The notes: generated by a model from the sequence alone, not told the origin. A stretch of 64,000 nucleotides of DNA from Candidatus Caldarchaeales archaeon (GCA_039630055.1 JBCNVN010000001.1:160544-224543); one strand, 5' to 3'; counted from the first letter of the stretch, positions 37,125-48,404 are shown. Numbers and translations: made by a program.

Positions 37125-38509
37125 ACATAGACGATGTAATAGATGAGGCTCTCAAGATATATAAACCCTCTAAAGAAGAAGAAGATCATCTTCTCATGAT
37201 AGCGGATAAAATAATTAGAGGAGTTGAAGAAGAAGCCTCAAGATACAGAGGTATACTCAAGATATCTCTAGAAGGCTCGCTTGCGAAGGGGACATGGATT
37301 AGAGGTAGAGAAGAAGTCGATATATTCGTCCATTTTGATCCTAGGAAACCACGAGAAGAGATGGAGGATGAGATAATCGAGTTAGGATTCAAGGTCTTGA
37401 AGAATTTAGATGGAGAACCTAGGCTTATGTACGCCGATCACCCATACGTGGAGAGCAGGATAAACAATATCATAGTAAATATTGTTGCATGTTATAGTAC
37501 TGAGCCATCTAAATGGATAAGCGCAACAGATAGAACACCCTATCATACAAGATATATTCTCGAGAAGATGGATGAAAATCTAAGAGATGATGTAAGATTG
37601 ATGAAAGCCTTCATGGTTGGGTGTAAAATATATGGAGCAGAGATAAAGATCAGAGGTTTCAGCGGCTACCTTACAGAGCTACTTACACTAAACTATAGAG
37701 GCTTCAAAAATAGTCTTGAAGCAATATCCAGATGGAAACCTCCAATAATAATAGATATAGAGAGGAACTTTACCTCTGTTGAAGAAGTATCTAGTCTATT
37801 TCCAAAACAACCCTTAATCGTGATAGATCCAGTTGATAAGTTTAGGAACGTGGCCTCAGCGGTATCAGAGGAGAAACTATACGAGCTTATACTCGCCTCA
37901 AAACTCTTTCTAAGGTCTCCAAGTCTAAAATTCTTTACTGTAGAGGAGCATCACCCTAAATCATCCATACTAAAGAAGATGGTGAAAAATAGGTCTTTCA
38001 TTGCGTTATTCTTCAAGTTATCAAAGTGGAAGCCTCCAGACATCTTGTGGGGAGAGATCAAGAAGAGTGAAAGAGGAATTAGAAGAGCACTTGAGAAAAA
38101 TGGTGTTAAGGTTTACAGGTCTGCCTCTTGGACAGATGAAGAGAAGAAATGTCTGATAATACTTGAGCTAGAATCTAACATGCTCCCAAGTTTAGAAGTT
38201 CATGAAGGTCCACCCGTAGACCATCCCAACTCTCTAGAATTCTTAGACAAGTGGAAAAATAGAAAAGATAAGATTGCAGGTCCATGGATACATGGATCGA
38301 GACTATACATTCTTAGGCTTAGGAAGATAACTGAAGTCAAAAAAATATTGAGGAGAGAGATTGATGGGGATAGAGTTGCGTTGGCTAAGGGGTTAGCAGA
38401 AGATATTAAGAAAGGTAGGATCTTCACATCTATAGAGAGATTGGTTAGATATGATCAGCTTTCCACATTCATCTACGAATTTCTAAATGCTCATCCTCCC
38501 TACTTATAA
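37121..38509 (+). CDS. cca: Archaeal class-I CCA-adding tRNA nucleotidyltransferase
   Basis: 462 aa with the nucleotidyltransferase motif LEGSLAKGTWIRGREEVDIFV. It overlaps thpR by 4 nt. Confidence 0.85.
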   Translation: MNIDDVIDEALKIYKPSKEEEDHLLMIADKIIRGVEEEASRYRGILKISLEGSLAKGTWIRGREEVDIFVHFDPRKPREEMEDEIIELGFKVLKNLDGEPRLMYADHPYVESRINNIIVNIVACYSTEPSKWISATDRTPYHTRYILEKMDENLRDDVRLMKAFMVGCKIYGAEIKIRGFSGYLTELLTLNYRGFKNSLEAISRWKPPIIIDIERNFTSVEEVSSLFPKQPLIVIDPVDKFRNVASAVSEEKLYELILASKLFLRSPSLKFFTVEEHHPKSSILKKMVKNRSFIALFFKLSKWKPPDILWGEIKKSERGIRRALEKNGVKVYRSASWTDEEKKCLIILELESNMLPSLEVHEGPPVDHPNSLEFLDKWKNRKDKIAGPWIHGSRLYILRLRKITEVKKILRREIDGDRVALAKGLAEDIKKGRIFTSIERLVRYDQLSTFIYEFLNAHPPYL

Positions 38510-38564
38510 TCATGTTTCTCAAGACGAATCTAGAAGATGATGAAGCATTTCCCATAGGCAGAGA

Positions 38565-39341
38565 GTGATGATGGAGGAGAACATCGAGTCGAGTATACGC
38601 CTTAGAGATTTATGGGATAGGAGAGACCTTATAGTCCAACTGGCTTATCCATCACAAGAGATAGAGTATGCATCATCAATACTTAGAGAACTTGAATCAC
38701 TTCAAGTTGACTCGATCTTCATCGTTAAAGATACTAAAACATCTTTAAAACTTCTTGGAAAAGGATATAGAGGAATCGTGCTGAAAGCCTCGTATAATGA
38801 TACTATCTCTACCGTCAAGATACTTAGAACCGATTCGAGTGTATCCTCTATGTATAGAGAAGCTGAGATGATGATGCTCGCTAACTCTAAAAATATTGGA
38901 CCAAAAATATATGCTTTTTCTAAGCACGTAATACTGATGGAATACATAGATGGAGTAAGTTTTGATGCATGGTTGGATAATCTCGATGAGAATGATGAAG
39001 GTTCTCTTAGAAGAATTCTGAAGACCATCTTGGAGCAAGCTAGAAGACTAGATGAGATAAATCTTGATCATGGAGAGCTGAGCAATCCGAGAAGACACGT
39101 AATGATAAGAAAAACGGGTTCAGCAGTAATACTAGACTTCGGTAAGGCGAGCCTAACCTCCAAGCCTAAAAATGTTACTTCACTCTTTAGCTACATATCT
39201 CATGGAAAGCATCATAGAAAGATTATGAGAATGTTACATCTAGTAGATATACCCAGACATGTCATTAGAGAATATAAAGAAAATCCAACTAGAGAAAGAT
39301 TTGAAGAGATCATAAAAATCCTAAACCTGTTGGATAGATAG
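38565..39341 (+). CDS. Atypical (RIO/Bud32-like) protein kinase
   Basis: It has a Gly-loop LGKGYRGIV, a Lys in TVKIL, a catalytic-loop-like DHGELSNPRRHV and an ILDFGKA (DFG-like) motif. The subfamily cannot be assigned by eye. Confidence 0.55.
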   Translation: MMMEENIESSIRLRDLWDRRDLIVQLAYPSQEIEYASSILRELESLQVDSIFIVKDTKTSLKLLGKGYRGIVLKASYNDTISTVKILRTDSSVSSMYREAEMMMLANSKNIGPKIYAFSKHVILMEYIDGVSFDAWLDNLDENDEGSLRRILKTILEQARRLDEINLDHGELSNPRRHVMIRKTGSAVILDFGKASLTSKPKNVTSLFSYISHGKHHRKIMRMLHLVDIPRHVIREYKENPTRERFEEIIKILNLLDR

Positions 39342-39410
39342 TCCTATCCAAGAAGATTAGATTATGTTTTTATATCATTCTTCATGAAATAGTCTTAGAA
39401 TATCGTAAGC

Positions 39411-40133
39411 GTGTTAGCGATGTTTAAAGAAGAGATAAGAGAGAGGATCTGGAGGATTCTAGAGGAAGAGGGAGTCGCTAGATTTCCCAGACCTGTACAT
39501 GGTAGGATTCCCAATTTTGAAGGAGCCGAGATTGCTGGAAGAAGGATCACGGAGCTTGATGAGTTTAAGAAGGCTTACGTAGTCAAGGTTAGCCCAGACT
39601 CTCCCCAATACATCATCCGTTTAACATGTTTAAAGCATGGGAAGACCCTCATAATGCCTACGCCTAGGTTGAAGGAGGGATTCCTACTACTAGACCCATC
39701 GAGAATCCCTGAAAAATATTATGATAAAGCTGCGACCATTAGAGGAGCATTCACATTTGGAGAAAAGATAGATCCTGTGAAGCTTCCTGAGATAGATTTT
39801 ATAACGGTTGGCTCGGTAGCTGTAGGTAGAGATGGTTCAAGGATCGGGAAAGGAGAAGGATATAGTGAGTTAGAATATGCGATCTTAAGAGAATATGGAA
39901 AAATAGATGAGAAGGTTCTCGTTACCACGAATGTACATGATCTCCAAGTTCTCGAGAATTTGCCGCAAGACCCATTCGATGTCCCGGTTGATATAATTGC
40001 TACACCGAGTAGATTGATCCGGGTGACTGAGAAAAGACCTAAACCTACAGGTATAATCTGGAGTATGTTAGATGATGATAAGCTTAGAGAGATACCCCTA
40101 CTTAGATCTATGAAGAGTAGAGGAAGGTTGTAA
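39411..40133 (+). CDS. 5-formyltetrahydrofolate cyclo-ligase family protein
   Basis: Motifs [25 protein letters not shown] and [24 protein letters not shown] start. Confidence 0.65.
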   Translation: MLAMFKEEIRERIWRILEEEGVARFPRPVHGRIPNFEGAEIAGRRITELDEFKKAYVVKVSPDSPQYIIRLTCLKHGKTLIMPTPRLKEGFLLLDPSRIPEKYYDKAATIRGAFTFGEKIDPVKLPEIDFITVGSVAVGRDGSRIGKGEGYSELEYAILREYGKIDEKVLVTTNVHDLQVLENLPQDPFDVPVDIIATPSRLIRVTEKRPKPTGIIWSMLDDDKLREIPLLRSMKSRGRL

Positions 40134-40159
40134 TCATTCATCTACTAGAGTATCGTATG

Positions 40160-40672
40160 CTAGTAGGCTGTAACGCTCTTTACACTAGGTATCTTCAACA
40201 TCTTATTTACACCTTCACCTGAGAGAGGCTTATCTAATATAAGTATGAGCTTAGGCTCTGGGAAGAGTTCAGGATCCTCAGCGACTGCTTGTCTAATAGA
40301 TATCTTCTCATCAGCGATTATCTTTGCTGCTCCTGCAAGTATCCCAGCAGCACTTGGATCAGCTCTAATCTCTACAACATAGTATCCAAGCTCTTTTGCT
40401 ATAGGTACGAGAAGAGCCCCGGCAGGCTTAATCCCTGTAAAGATCTTCCTAAGCTCGTTATCCGCTAATATGTATTCAACTGTCTTTCTTACTATCCTTC
40501 TATCTACCCCGGCTGCTCTAGCTATAGATGCATCAGGTATCTCTACAGACCCGATCGTTATCTTACCATCTTCAGTTACTCCAACCCCATACTCAATCAT
40601 GATCCTTATTACCTTGAGTCTAGCGGGAAAATCCTTCAATTTACTTGATATCTTTCGCCACATACCCCACAT
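40160..40672 (-). CDS. ACT-domain regulator of amino-acid metabolism (COG2150-like)
   Basis: 170 aa with an N-terminal HTH-like part (ASIARAAGVDRRIVRKTVEYI) and a C-terminal ACT-like part. It is divergent from trpB2. Confidence 0.5.
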   Translation of the reverse strand: MWGMWRKISSKLKDFPARLKVIRIMIEYGVGVTEDGKITIGSVEIPDASIARAAGVDRRIVRKTVEYILADNELRKIFTGIKPAGALLVPIAKELGYYVVEIRADPSAAGILAGAAKIIADEKISIRQAVAEDPELFPEPKLILILDKPLSGEGVNKMLKIPSVKSVTAY

Positions 40673-40745
40673 ATATTCTTGATTGTATAGTTATATGCAT
40701 TCCTCTACCATTTTTGCGTTTTTATACTGAACCTAAGGTATAAAT

Positions 40746-42179
40746 ATGAGCTTTGACGCTAATTTTAGTACAGTGATGTATATGATCAAGAAGGTTTTAC
40801 TAACAGAAGACGAGATTCCTAAACAGTGGTACAATATCTTACCAGACCTTCCGAAACCACTCCCTCCACCCATAGACCCATCCACTAGAGAGCCAATCCA
40901 GCCTAAGAAGCTTGAAGCGATATTTCCAAAAGCATTGATCCAGCAAGAACTCTCACAGGATAGATGGATACCTATTCCCGATGAAGTCAGAGAGGCGTAT
41001 AGGTTATGGAGACCGACACCGCTGTATAGGGCTACCAGATTGGAGAAGGCTCTTAAAACTCCTGCAAGGATATACTATAAGTATGAAGGGGTCAGCCCAC
41101 CCGGCTCGCATAAACCGAATACCGCTATAGCTCAAGCATACTATAATCTGAAGGAAGGTGTAGAAGTTTTGACTACTGAGACAGGGGCTGGACAGTGGGG
41201 ATCAGCTCTAGCCTTCGCTACCAATCTATTCAATATGAAAGCGAGGATATACATGGTCAAGGTAAGCTATGAGCAGAAGCCTTACAGAAAGATTATGATG
41301 GAGGCTTGGGGTGCAGAGGTTATTCCGAGCCCGAGCAATATGACGAGGGTTGGAAGATCGATATTGGAGAAAGACCCGAATAATCCGGGAAGCCTAGGTA
41401 TAGCTATAAGTGAAGCGATCGAGGATGCAGTTACCCATGAAGGCGTAAAATACTCTCTTGGAAGCGTATTGAACCATGTATTACTTCATCAGACAGTTCA
41501 AGGACTAGAAGCTAAAAAACAGTTAGAATCCATAGATGAGTATCCAGACATTATTGCTGGATGCGTCGGTGGAGGAAGTAGCTTCTCAGGATTATTCTGG
41601 CCATTCTACTATGATGTAGTCTCTGGAAAGGCTCCGAAGAAGATTAGATTTGTTGCTACAGAGCCTACCGCTTGTCCAACTATGACCAAAGGAATCTACA
41701 CCTACGATTTCGGCGACACTGCTAAATTAACCCCCCTACTCCCGATGTACACTTTAGGATCCGATTTTATTCCAGCCCCGATCCATGCGGGAGGTCTTAG
41801 ATACCATGGAGACGCTCCAACCTTATGTCTACTTCTGAGAGAGGGGGTCATAGAGCCTTTCGCATATGATCAGGTCTCGGTATTTGATGCAGCTACCCTA
41901 TTCGCTAAGACAGAAGGGATCATACCGGCTCCAGAACCATCCCACACGATAAAATTTGTGATCGATGAGGCTTTAAGAGCTAAACAAGAAAACTTAGAAG
42001 AGGTTATCTTATTTAACTTATGTGGCCACGGATACTTCGACCTTAAAGCATATGAAGAATACTTCAATGGAAACCTTAAGCCTTATCACTATCCTGAAGA
42101 GATGATAGAGAAATCTATACAAAAGCTTATAAATGAGCTTCCATGGATAAAAGACCTACCCTACATTAAAGTTAAGTAG
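40746..42179 (+). CDS. trpB: TrpB2-type tryptophan synthase beta-like PLP enzyme
   Basis: 477 aa, with the long N-terminus typical of TrpB2. The PLP-Lys region is [21 protein letters not shown] is also present. Confidence 0.85.
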   Translation: MSFDANFSTVMYMIKKVLLTEDEIPKQWYNILPDLPKPLPPPIDPSTREPIQPKKLEAIFPKALIQQELSQDRWIPIPDEVREAYRLWRPTPLYRATRLEKALKTPARIYYKYEGVSPPGSHKPNTAIAQAYYNLKEGVEVLTTETGAGQWGSALAFATNLFNMKARIYMVKVSYEQKPYRKIMMEAWGAEVIPSPSNMTRVGRSILEKDPNNPGSLGIAISEAIEDAVTHEGVKYSLGSVLNHVLLHQTVQGLEAKKQLESIDEYPDIIAGCVGGGSSFSGLFWPFYYDVVSGKAPKKIRFVATEPTACPTMTKGIYTYDFGDTAKLTPLLPMYTLGSDFIPAPIHAGGLRYHGDAPTLCLLLREGVIEPFAYDQVSVFDAATLFAKTEGIIPAPEPSHTIKFVIDEALRAKQENLEEVILFNLCGHGYFDLKAYEEYFNGNLKPYHYPEEMIEKSIQKLINELPWIKDLPYIKVK

Positions 42180-42194
42180 TAGCTTTTATGGAAT

Positions 42195-43169
42195 ATGTTA
42201 AAGGTTAGGAGGTGTTCGATATTTCAGATAAGGGTCTTAATTACGGACAGACTACATGAAGATGCCATAAGACTCTTATCTAGCTATAATGGTATAAAGT
42301 TCGACTATAAACCCGATATCTCTAGAGATGAACTGTACAGGCTAATCGGAGAATATGATGGATTAGTAGTTAGAAGTAGAACAAAAGTGACTAGAGAGGT
42401 CTTGGAGAGGGCTGACAAGCTAAAAGTTATCGTAAGAGCTGGAAGCGGGCTAGACAATATCGATTTAGACACAGCCTGTAGACTCAATATTAAAGTTTTA
42501 AATACCCCTGAATCCGTAGCATCATCCGTCGCAGAATTAACTTTAGGTTTAATAATAATGCTATCCCGCAGACTCTACAAGGCTGTAGAATCATTAAAGA
42601 AAGGTGAATGGTTGAAGAATCAATTAGTAGGATCTGAATTAAGGGATAAGAAGATAGGGATTATAGGAGTAGGAAATGTCGGTAGAAGAGTTGCTGAGCT
42701 AGCGGCAGCCTTCAAGATGAAGCCGTTGCTCAACGATATAATCACAATAGATGGAGAATTTGTAGAAAAAGTAGATGGAGAGATTGTAGATCTTGAAACA
42801 CTCTTAAGAGAATCCGATTACGTCTCTCTACACCTACCACTAAATAATTCAACTAGACGAATGATCAGAGAACCAGAGTTTAAGCTTATGAAAAAGACGG
42901 CTTTCTTCATAAATACCGCTCGTGCAGAGATAGTAGACTCAGAAGCTCTATATAAAGCTCTGATAGAAGGATGGATCGCGGGAGCAGCATTAGATGTCTA
43001 TGAAGTTGAACCTCCAATAGACTTAAAACTTCTCAAGCTTGAGAATGTCATCTGTACACCTCACATAGGTGCACAGACTGAAGAAGCAGGGAGGAAAGCA
43101 TCTATTCAAGCTATCAAGCTTGCATCATCATATCTATTGGAAGATGTTTGCAGTAGTGGGGTGGAATAA
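42195..43169 (+). CDS. serA: D-3-phosphoglycerate dehydrogenase / D-2-hydroxyacid dehydrogenase
   Basis: NAD motif GIIGVGNVGRRVA, plus ALDVYEVEP and PHIGAQT. There is no C-terminal ACT domain. Confidence 0.75.
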   Translation: MLKVRRCSIFQIRVLITDRLHEDAIRLLSSYNGIKFDYKPDISRDELYRLIGEYDGLVVRSRTKVTREVLERADKLKVIVRAGSGLDNIDLDTACRLNIKVLNTPESVASSVAELTLGLIIMLSRRLYKAVESLKKGEWLKNQLVGSELRDKKIGIIGVGNVGRRVAELAAAFKMKPLLNDIITIDGEFVEKVDGEIVDLETLLRESDYVSLHLPLNNSTRRMIREPEFKLMKKTAFFINTARAEIVDSEALYKALIEGWIAGAALDVYEVEPPIDLKLLKLENVICTPHIGAQTEEAGRKASIQAIKLASSYLLEDVCSSGVE

Positions 43170-43171
43170 GA

Positions 43172-44275
43172 TTGAGGCTCTTACTTACACCTGGCCCAGT
43201 AGATCTACATCCAAGAGTTAGGAGAGCTCTTTCGAGACAAGTGATTAGTCATAGATCCTCAGACTTCCATGAATTGGTTAAATCAATAGTAGAGAATGCG
43301 AGGAAGATCTTTAAGACAGATGGAGACATATTCATATTATCTTCTTCTGGAACACTTGGAGTAGAATGCGCTATAGCTAATAGCATCGATGCTGGAGAGA
43401 AGATACTTATCCCTGTCTATGGAGTATTTGGGGAGAGGATGGCGGAGACCGCCACCCAGTATGGTGGAAAAGTTTCGAGAATAGATCTTGAGTGGAATAG
43501 GGCGTTGAGCCGAGAAGTTCTCGAGGAAGCACTTCCTCGAGAGAATGATCTAAACGTTGTATCATTCGTCCATAATGAAACATCTACTGGAACTATGGTA
43601 AAAGATTTAGATAAGGTTTCTGATATTGTGAAGAAACATGATAAGCTTCTCATAGTAGACGCCATCTCATCTCTTGGAGGAGTACCCATATATGTAGATA
43701 GGCAAGGTATAGACCTCTGCATAGTAGGTGCACAGAAATGTCTTGGAGGACCTCCAGGTATAACCCTAGTATCTGTAAGTGATGATGCTTGGAAGAAGAT
43801 AATGAGTAAATCCTCTAAGACACCTTCCTACATAGACTTGAAGAAGCATAAACATTTTATGGAGAAGTTCGAGACTCCATTTACACCAGCTGTAAACCTC
43901 ATGTATGGTCTAGATGAAGCATTAAAGATAATTATAGAAGAAGGAGTGGAGAACTGGTGGCAGAAGCATAGTGATTGTTCACAACTATTGTATAATATCT
44001 TGGAGTCTACAGGATTTAAGATATATTCGATGGAAAACTATAGGTCGATTACAGTAGCCTCGGCTCTTCCTCCGAATGGAGTAAGCCCTAGGATAATTGT
44101 AGAAGAATTGGAGAAGAATGGTGTAACGATCGCTGAAGGGATGGGGAAGCTCAAAGACAAGATAGTAAGAGTAGCATGTATGGCGAATATAAATAAGAGA
44201 AAGATAAGATACTTTGGAGATATATTAAAACAGGTTGTAGAAGGTCTGGAGAAACGTATAGATACCATTGTATGA
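43172..44275 (+). CDS. Class-V aminotransferase (serine-pyruvate / phosphoserine aminotransferase-like)
   Basis: Motifs LLTPGPV and HNETSTG, and the PLP-Lys in VGAQKCLGGPPG. TTG start 3 nt after serA. Confidence 0.8.
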   Translation: MRLLLTPGPVDLHPRVRRALSRQVISHRSSDFHELVKSIVENARKIFKTDGDIFILSSSGTLGVECAIANSIDAGEKILIPVYGVFGERMAETATQYGGKVSRIDLEWNRALSREVLEEALPRENDLNVVSFVHNETSTGTMVKDLDKVSDIVKKHDKLLIVDAISSLGGVPIYVDRQGIDLCIVGAQKCLGGPPGITLVSVSDDAWKKIMSKSSKTPSYIDLKKHKHFMEKFETPFTPAVNLMYGLDEALKIIIEEGVENWWQKHSDCSQLLYNILESTGFKIYSMENYRSITVASALPPNGVSPRIIVEELEKNGVTIAEGMGKLKDKIVRVACMANINKRKIRYFGDILKQVVEGLEKRIDTIV

Positions 44276-44413
44276 ACAATATACCTCTGCACCTCTCTAA
44301 TCTCTACTTAATCAAGTATATTATTTATTACTGGTGAAAGATTGAGGATTAAATGATCACTCGATATAAAATTAGATTGCTTAGAACTCTGGATTCAATC
44401 TGACCTCATATTA

Positions 44414-45652
44414 TTGTTGAAGATATTTTCGGAAAAGGTTTTTAAATGCTTCACCCAGAAAAATCTGAGAATGTTCTCAAGGAAGGTTTTACTTATAATA
44501 GCTTTTACATCATATATTTTCTATGCGGTTCTAGCAACAGAGATAGGTCCAGTTCTCCCAGAGATAAGGATTGAACTTAACCTAAGCCAAGCTATAATAG
44601 GAATTATTGCCGGTCTACAATCTTTAGCTGGAATCTTAGCAGTCCTCGGAGGATTTTTATCCGACATCTTTGGGAGGACACGGTTTATATCTATCTCTTT
44701 AGCGATGATGGGGGTAGGCGCTATATTCATATCAACCTCTCCAACAGCATTGACGATTGGATTATCGTTCTTCATTATGGGAACCGGTTTCTCTTTTTTT
44801 GAAGCATCAGTAAATGCATATATCTCAAACTTATTCTCAGAGAAGAGAGGAATGTCTATGAATATACTCCATATAGGCTGGAGTGTAGGGTCGACCGCCG
44901 GACCACTTGTAGCTGCTATCATGATTCTAACGTATGGTAGTTGGAGATTAGGATACCTACTAATAGTCCCTTTAATAGTAATATTTTCTATCGTTTTCGG
45001 AGTCCTTATCCCAAAAACTTCTGATACATTATCTATGAAAGAGAAGGAAGAACTAGATCAAAAATATTCAAAGAAGAATATTATGATAAGTTCATTACCT
45101 ATCATTCTTGCATCTTTCTTGCTGATGGCCAGTAAGCTTGGGATGAACAATTGGCTACCATACATACTCCGAGATCAAGGGGGAACCATAATAGAATCTA
45201 GTCTAACTATTAGCATATTCTGGATGCTGATCGGGATTGGGAGAATAATATGGGCGCCATTCGTAGATAGGATAGGTTTCTGGAAAACAATAACACTTAA
45301 TAGTATAGGTGCTCTTATACTCTTTATATTTGCAGCCTTACCAATCCCACTATACTTCAGGATGATTTTGTACTCGATCGCTGGCTTACTCATGGGGCCA
45401 TTATACCCAACGCTACTAGCATGCGGTACTAAACTTTATCCAGAGAGAAGTGGAACCTTAGTAGGAGCTATCTATGCATCAGGTATGCTTGGAACAGTCT
45501 TCTCCACAATTATTATCGGGCTTATTATAGAGAGGCTAGGAACAACTATAGCTCAAATAATATTTCCAATCTCTATAGGTTTCATCACGATTATTTCATA
45601 CCTCTCTATCAGATATGATATAGGAAAAGTATCTAGAACATCAACAGGATAA
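44414..45652 (+). CDS. MFS transporter
   Basis: 412 aa with about 12 hydrophobic segments and the loop 2-3 motif GFLSDIFGRTR. Confidence 0.75.
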   Translation: MLKIFSEKVFKCFTQKNLRMFSRKVLLIIAFTSYIFYAVLATEIGPVLPEIRIELNLSQAIIGIIAGLQSLAGILAVLGGFLSDIFGRTRFISISLAMMGVGAIFISTSPTALTIGLSFFIMGTGFSFFEASVNAYISNLFSEKRGMSMNILHIGWSVGSTAGPLVAAIMILTYGSWRLGYLLIVPLIVIFSIVFGVLIPKTSDTLSMKEKEELDQKYSKKNIMISSLPIILASFLLMASKLGMNNWLPYILRDQGGTIIESSLTISIFWMLIGIGRIIWAPFVDRIGFWKTITLNSIGALILFIFAALPIPLYFRMILYSIAGLLMGPLYPTLLACGTKLYPERSGTLVGAIYASGMLGTVFSTIIIGLIIERLGTTIAQIIFPISIGFITIISYLSIRYDIGKVSRTSTG

Positions 45653-45707
45653 TAAAACTTCTAAGATGAAAAAAGTAATTAAAACCCTAGAAAAATAATT
45701 TGGTAGT

Positions 45708-45798
45708 GGGGCCGTGGTCTAGCATGGCTATGACTCCAGCCTGGGGAAATTAGATTATAGAACGCTGGAAATCCTGGGTTCGAATCCCAGCGGCCCCA
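45708..45798 (+). tRNA. tRNA-Pro(GGG) with a 16-nt intron in the anticodon loop
   Basis: Acceptor GGGGCCG/CGGCCCC. Anticodon stem CCAGC/GCUGG with loop CUGGGG+N. T-arm CUGGG-UUCGAAU-CCCAG. Discriminator A. No CCA is encoded. Confidence 0.85.
45747..45763 (+). other. tRNA-Pro intron (16 of these 17 nt; position 37/38 or 38/39)
   Basis: AAAUUAGAUUAUAGAAC lies between G37 and the 3-prime anticodon stem strand. One of these nucleotides must be position 38. Confidence 0.75.
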
Positions 45799-46010
45799 CT
45801 CCCCCAGAACAGGAAGATATTCTATTTTTCATAAGAAGACATGTCTAATCAGATAAGCCTTAAGATTAACGATGTATGAAGACCCTGCTCACTCTGCTAT
45901 AATAAATGATTTTACTTCAAGTTCTATCTAGAACAAATCTAAAACAAGTTACCGAGTTTAGAAAAATTTTCTCTCGTATAGAGACCTATAAGTTCAGAAA
46001 ATCTTTATCA

Positions 46011-46949
46011 CTAGATTGTTTTTGGCTGATAGTTTGAAATCTTTCTTATAATTTCTTCAACTTCATATTTTGTAGGTAAACCTGTTTGAGCACCGACCTT
46101 AGTGATCTTTACAGCAGCCGTGGCATTCGCCCAGATTACAGCCTCTTCAATGGGGTGCCCTTGTGAGAGAGCTGCAGCTAAACCTGCAATAAATGCATCT
46201 CCAGCACCTGTAGTATCTACTACGTCGACCTTAAAAGATGGATAGTGTACTGCCTTCTCATGAGATACTAATAATGCTCCATGACCTCCTAGTGTAATTA
46301 TCACGTACTTGACACCTTTCTCAATCAATCTTCTGCCAGCTCTTACAGCTGTTGGTATATCTCTAATATCTAATCCTGTTAATTGGGAGGCTTCTACCCT
46401 ATTAGGTGTGATTATCTCAATATATTTGAAGATTTCATCTGATAGTAGGGATGCTGGTGCAGGGTTCAGAATAACTGTTTTACCCTTCGATGAAGCAAGT
46501 TTACTGACATAAATATTAATGTTCATAGGTATCTCTAATTGGAGAAGGATTATACGTGAATTAAGTATAGCGTCTAATGCATCATTAATATCTTCTTCCG
46601 TTATCCAATAATCTGCTCCAGGATCGATCATAATCATATTCTCACCTGTATTTATGTTCAAGATTATGAAGGCTACGCCGGTATTATGTTCATCATCAAT
46701 CTTTACATGCGTGGTATCAACACCTGAATTCTTAAAATTATTTAAAAGAAATTCACTAAAATCTTTTCCTATCCTGCCGATCATGAAGGTTCTCACCCCA
46801 AGCCTACCACATCCAACTGCTTGATTCGCTCCCTTACCGCCTGGTGAAACCTGGAACCCTCTCCCGTATATCGTCTCTCCAATCATAGGAAATCTATCAA
46901 CCTTTATATAGAAATCGACATGGATACTCCCGACAACCGCTATACCCAT
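46011..46949 (-). CDS. rbsK: Ribokinase (PfkB family)
   Basis: Motifs SPGGKGANQAV and DTTGAGDAFIAG. Confidence 0.85.
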   Translation of the reverse strand: MGIAVVGSIHVDFYIKVDRFPMIGETIYGRGFQVSPGGKGANQAVGCGRLGVRTFMIGRIGKDFSEFLLNNFKNSGVDTTHVKIDDEHNTGVAFIILNINTGENMIMIDPGADYWITEEDINDALDAILNSRIILLQLEIPMNINIYVSKLASSKGKTVILNPAPASLLSDEIFKYIEIITPNRVEASQLTGLDIRDIPTAVRAGRRLIEKGVKYVIITLGGHGALLVSHEKAVHYPSFKVDVVDTTGAGDAFIAGLAAALSQGHPIEEAVIWANATAAVKITKVGAQTGLPTKYEVEEIIRKISNYQPKTI

Positions 46950-47147
46950 AACTATCCAACCCTCTCAGTCTCGATAATAATATTTATTCTTTAAATGATG
47001 GTGGGAAAACAGATAGTTACAGTCCTCTTTCATGTTTTCTGGAAGAACGATGTCTTACAAATCACCTGAAAAATATGGAAGAATCTACACCTAATACAAA
47101 ATATCTGGTGTGATTCAATGATTAAATACAAGTAAGGATTAATCAAG

Positions 47148-48392
47148 ATGGAGGCTATTTTCTCTATGGAAAAGCTTGAGATCGGGAATCTTTACTCTAT
47201 GATTCAGAAACTTTCCAATTTTGGATGTAGATGGCTAGATAGTGATGGTGAGAATAATGCTAGACAGTTCATATTGGATAAATTTGAGGAATTTGGATTG
47301 GAAAACATCTCTCGCGAATATTTTCTATGTCATAACTATATACCTAAAGAATATGGATTAAAAGTATTATCACCTACAAAGCTAGACTTAGTATGCAAGC
47401 CATTGGAGTACTCTGGAAATTCGGAGGTTGAAGGTGAACTTGTCTTCTTAGGAGAATTCAAGGAAGATGATGCAAACACCATCTCAAACCTCAATATCGA
47501 TCTAGAAGGAAAGATATGCCTTATAGTTTCAGATACGCCTGCTTTCTTCATACCTGCATTAGCAGAGAGAGGAGCTATTGGGATTATTGTTGCATCAGAA
47601 GCCCCCGATAATCTAATAAGAATGTTAGCAGCTAAATCTTATCCTCCCAATTTTGATGATCCTAGTAAGTGGAAGGTAGAGCTTCCAGGAGTTTCAATAT
47701 CTAAACGAGATCTTTATAGACTCCTATCCTTTACTAGTTCAGGAAAGGTAGTCGTGAGAATAGAACACCGATGGGAGAGTAAAATTTCTGAGACTTGTAA
47801 CATTCTTGGTGTAGTAGAGGGAGATACCGATGAATCGATCGTTGTAGGAGCTCATTATGATTCCCAGATGAAGACTATTGGTGTCTGGGACAACTTGACA
47901 GGGCTTACCACATTAATAGAGCTTGCAAGGATCTTCTCAAAGGTGAAAGTCCATAGAAGAATAATTTTCGTAGCCTTCGGTGCTGAAGAAATTGGCTTAT
48001 GGGGTTCAGCATTCTTCGTAGATAAACGTAGAAGCGAATTAAGAGAGAACTGCATCGCTATGTTCTGTTTAGATGCTTTGAGTAGTGCCTTCCCTGCAGA
48101 GAAGAGTCTTTGGTCAGAAGGAAAAATAAGAGAGTTTATAATCCAGAGAGCTCGAGAGTACGGCACACCGATCGATAATGTGAAAGAACCTATTCTAAGC
48201 TATAGCGATTACTATCCGTTTGTGGTCGAGGGTATACCTGTAGCGATGCTTTGGGAATACCCACCAATAAATCCATATTATCATACAGAAAAAGACTTGT
48301 TGAAATATGTAGATATAAGTAGACTTCATTCAATGGGTGAATTAAATAGAAAAATTATTGGGGAAGTAAATAGTGTAGGATACCGATTTTGA
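47148..48392 (+). CDS. M28-family metallo-aminopeptidase
   Basis: Motifs VVGAHYDS, WDNLTG and FGAEEIGLWGS. Confidence 0.7.
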   Translation: MEAIFSMEKLEIGNLYSMIQKLSNFGCRWLDSDGENNARQFILDKFEEFGLENISREYFLCHNYIPKEYGLKVLSPTKLDLVCKPLEYSGNSEVEGELVFLGEFKEDDANTISNLNIDLEGKICLIVSDTPAFFIPALAERGAIGIIVASEAPDNLIRMLAAKSYPPNFDDPSKWKVELPGVSISKRDLYRLLSFTSSGKVVVRIEHRWESKISETCNILGVVEGDTDESIVVGAHYDSQMKTIGVWDNLTGLTTLIELARIFSKVKVHRRIIFVAFGAEEIGLWGSAFFVDKRRSELRENCIAMFCLDALSSAFPAEKSLWSEGKIREFIIQRAREYGTPIDNVKEPILSYSDYYPFVVEGIPVAMLWEYPPINPYYHTEKDLLKYVDISRLHSMGELNRKIIGEVNSVGYRF

Positions 48393-48404
48393 GAATCCAG
48401 ATCA

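Noticed and set aside
44353-44403. Candidate C/D-box sRNA upstream of the MFS gene: AUGAUCA, then 40 nt, then CUGA (51 nt in total).
   Set aside because: The C box deviates from RUGAUGA. No credible internal D-prime or C-prime boxes are present. The possible terminal stem (GAGG/CCUC) is offset by 5 nt. The element ends 10 nt before the MFS start codon.
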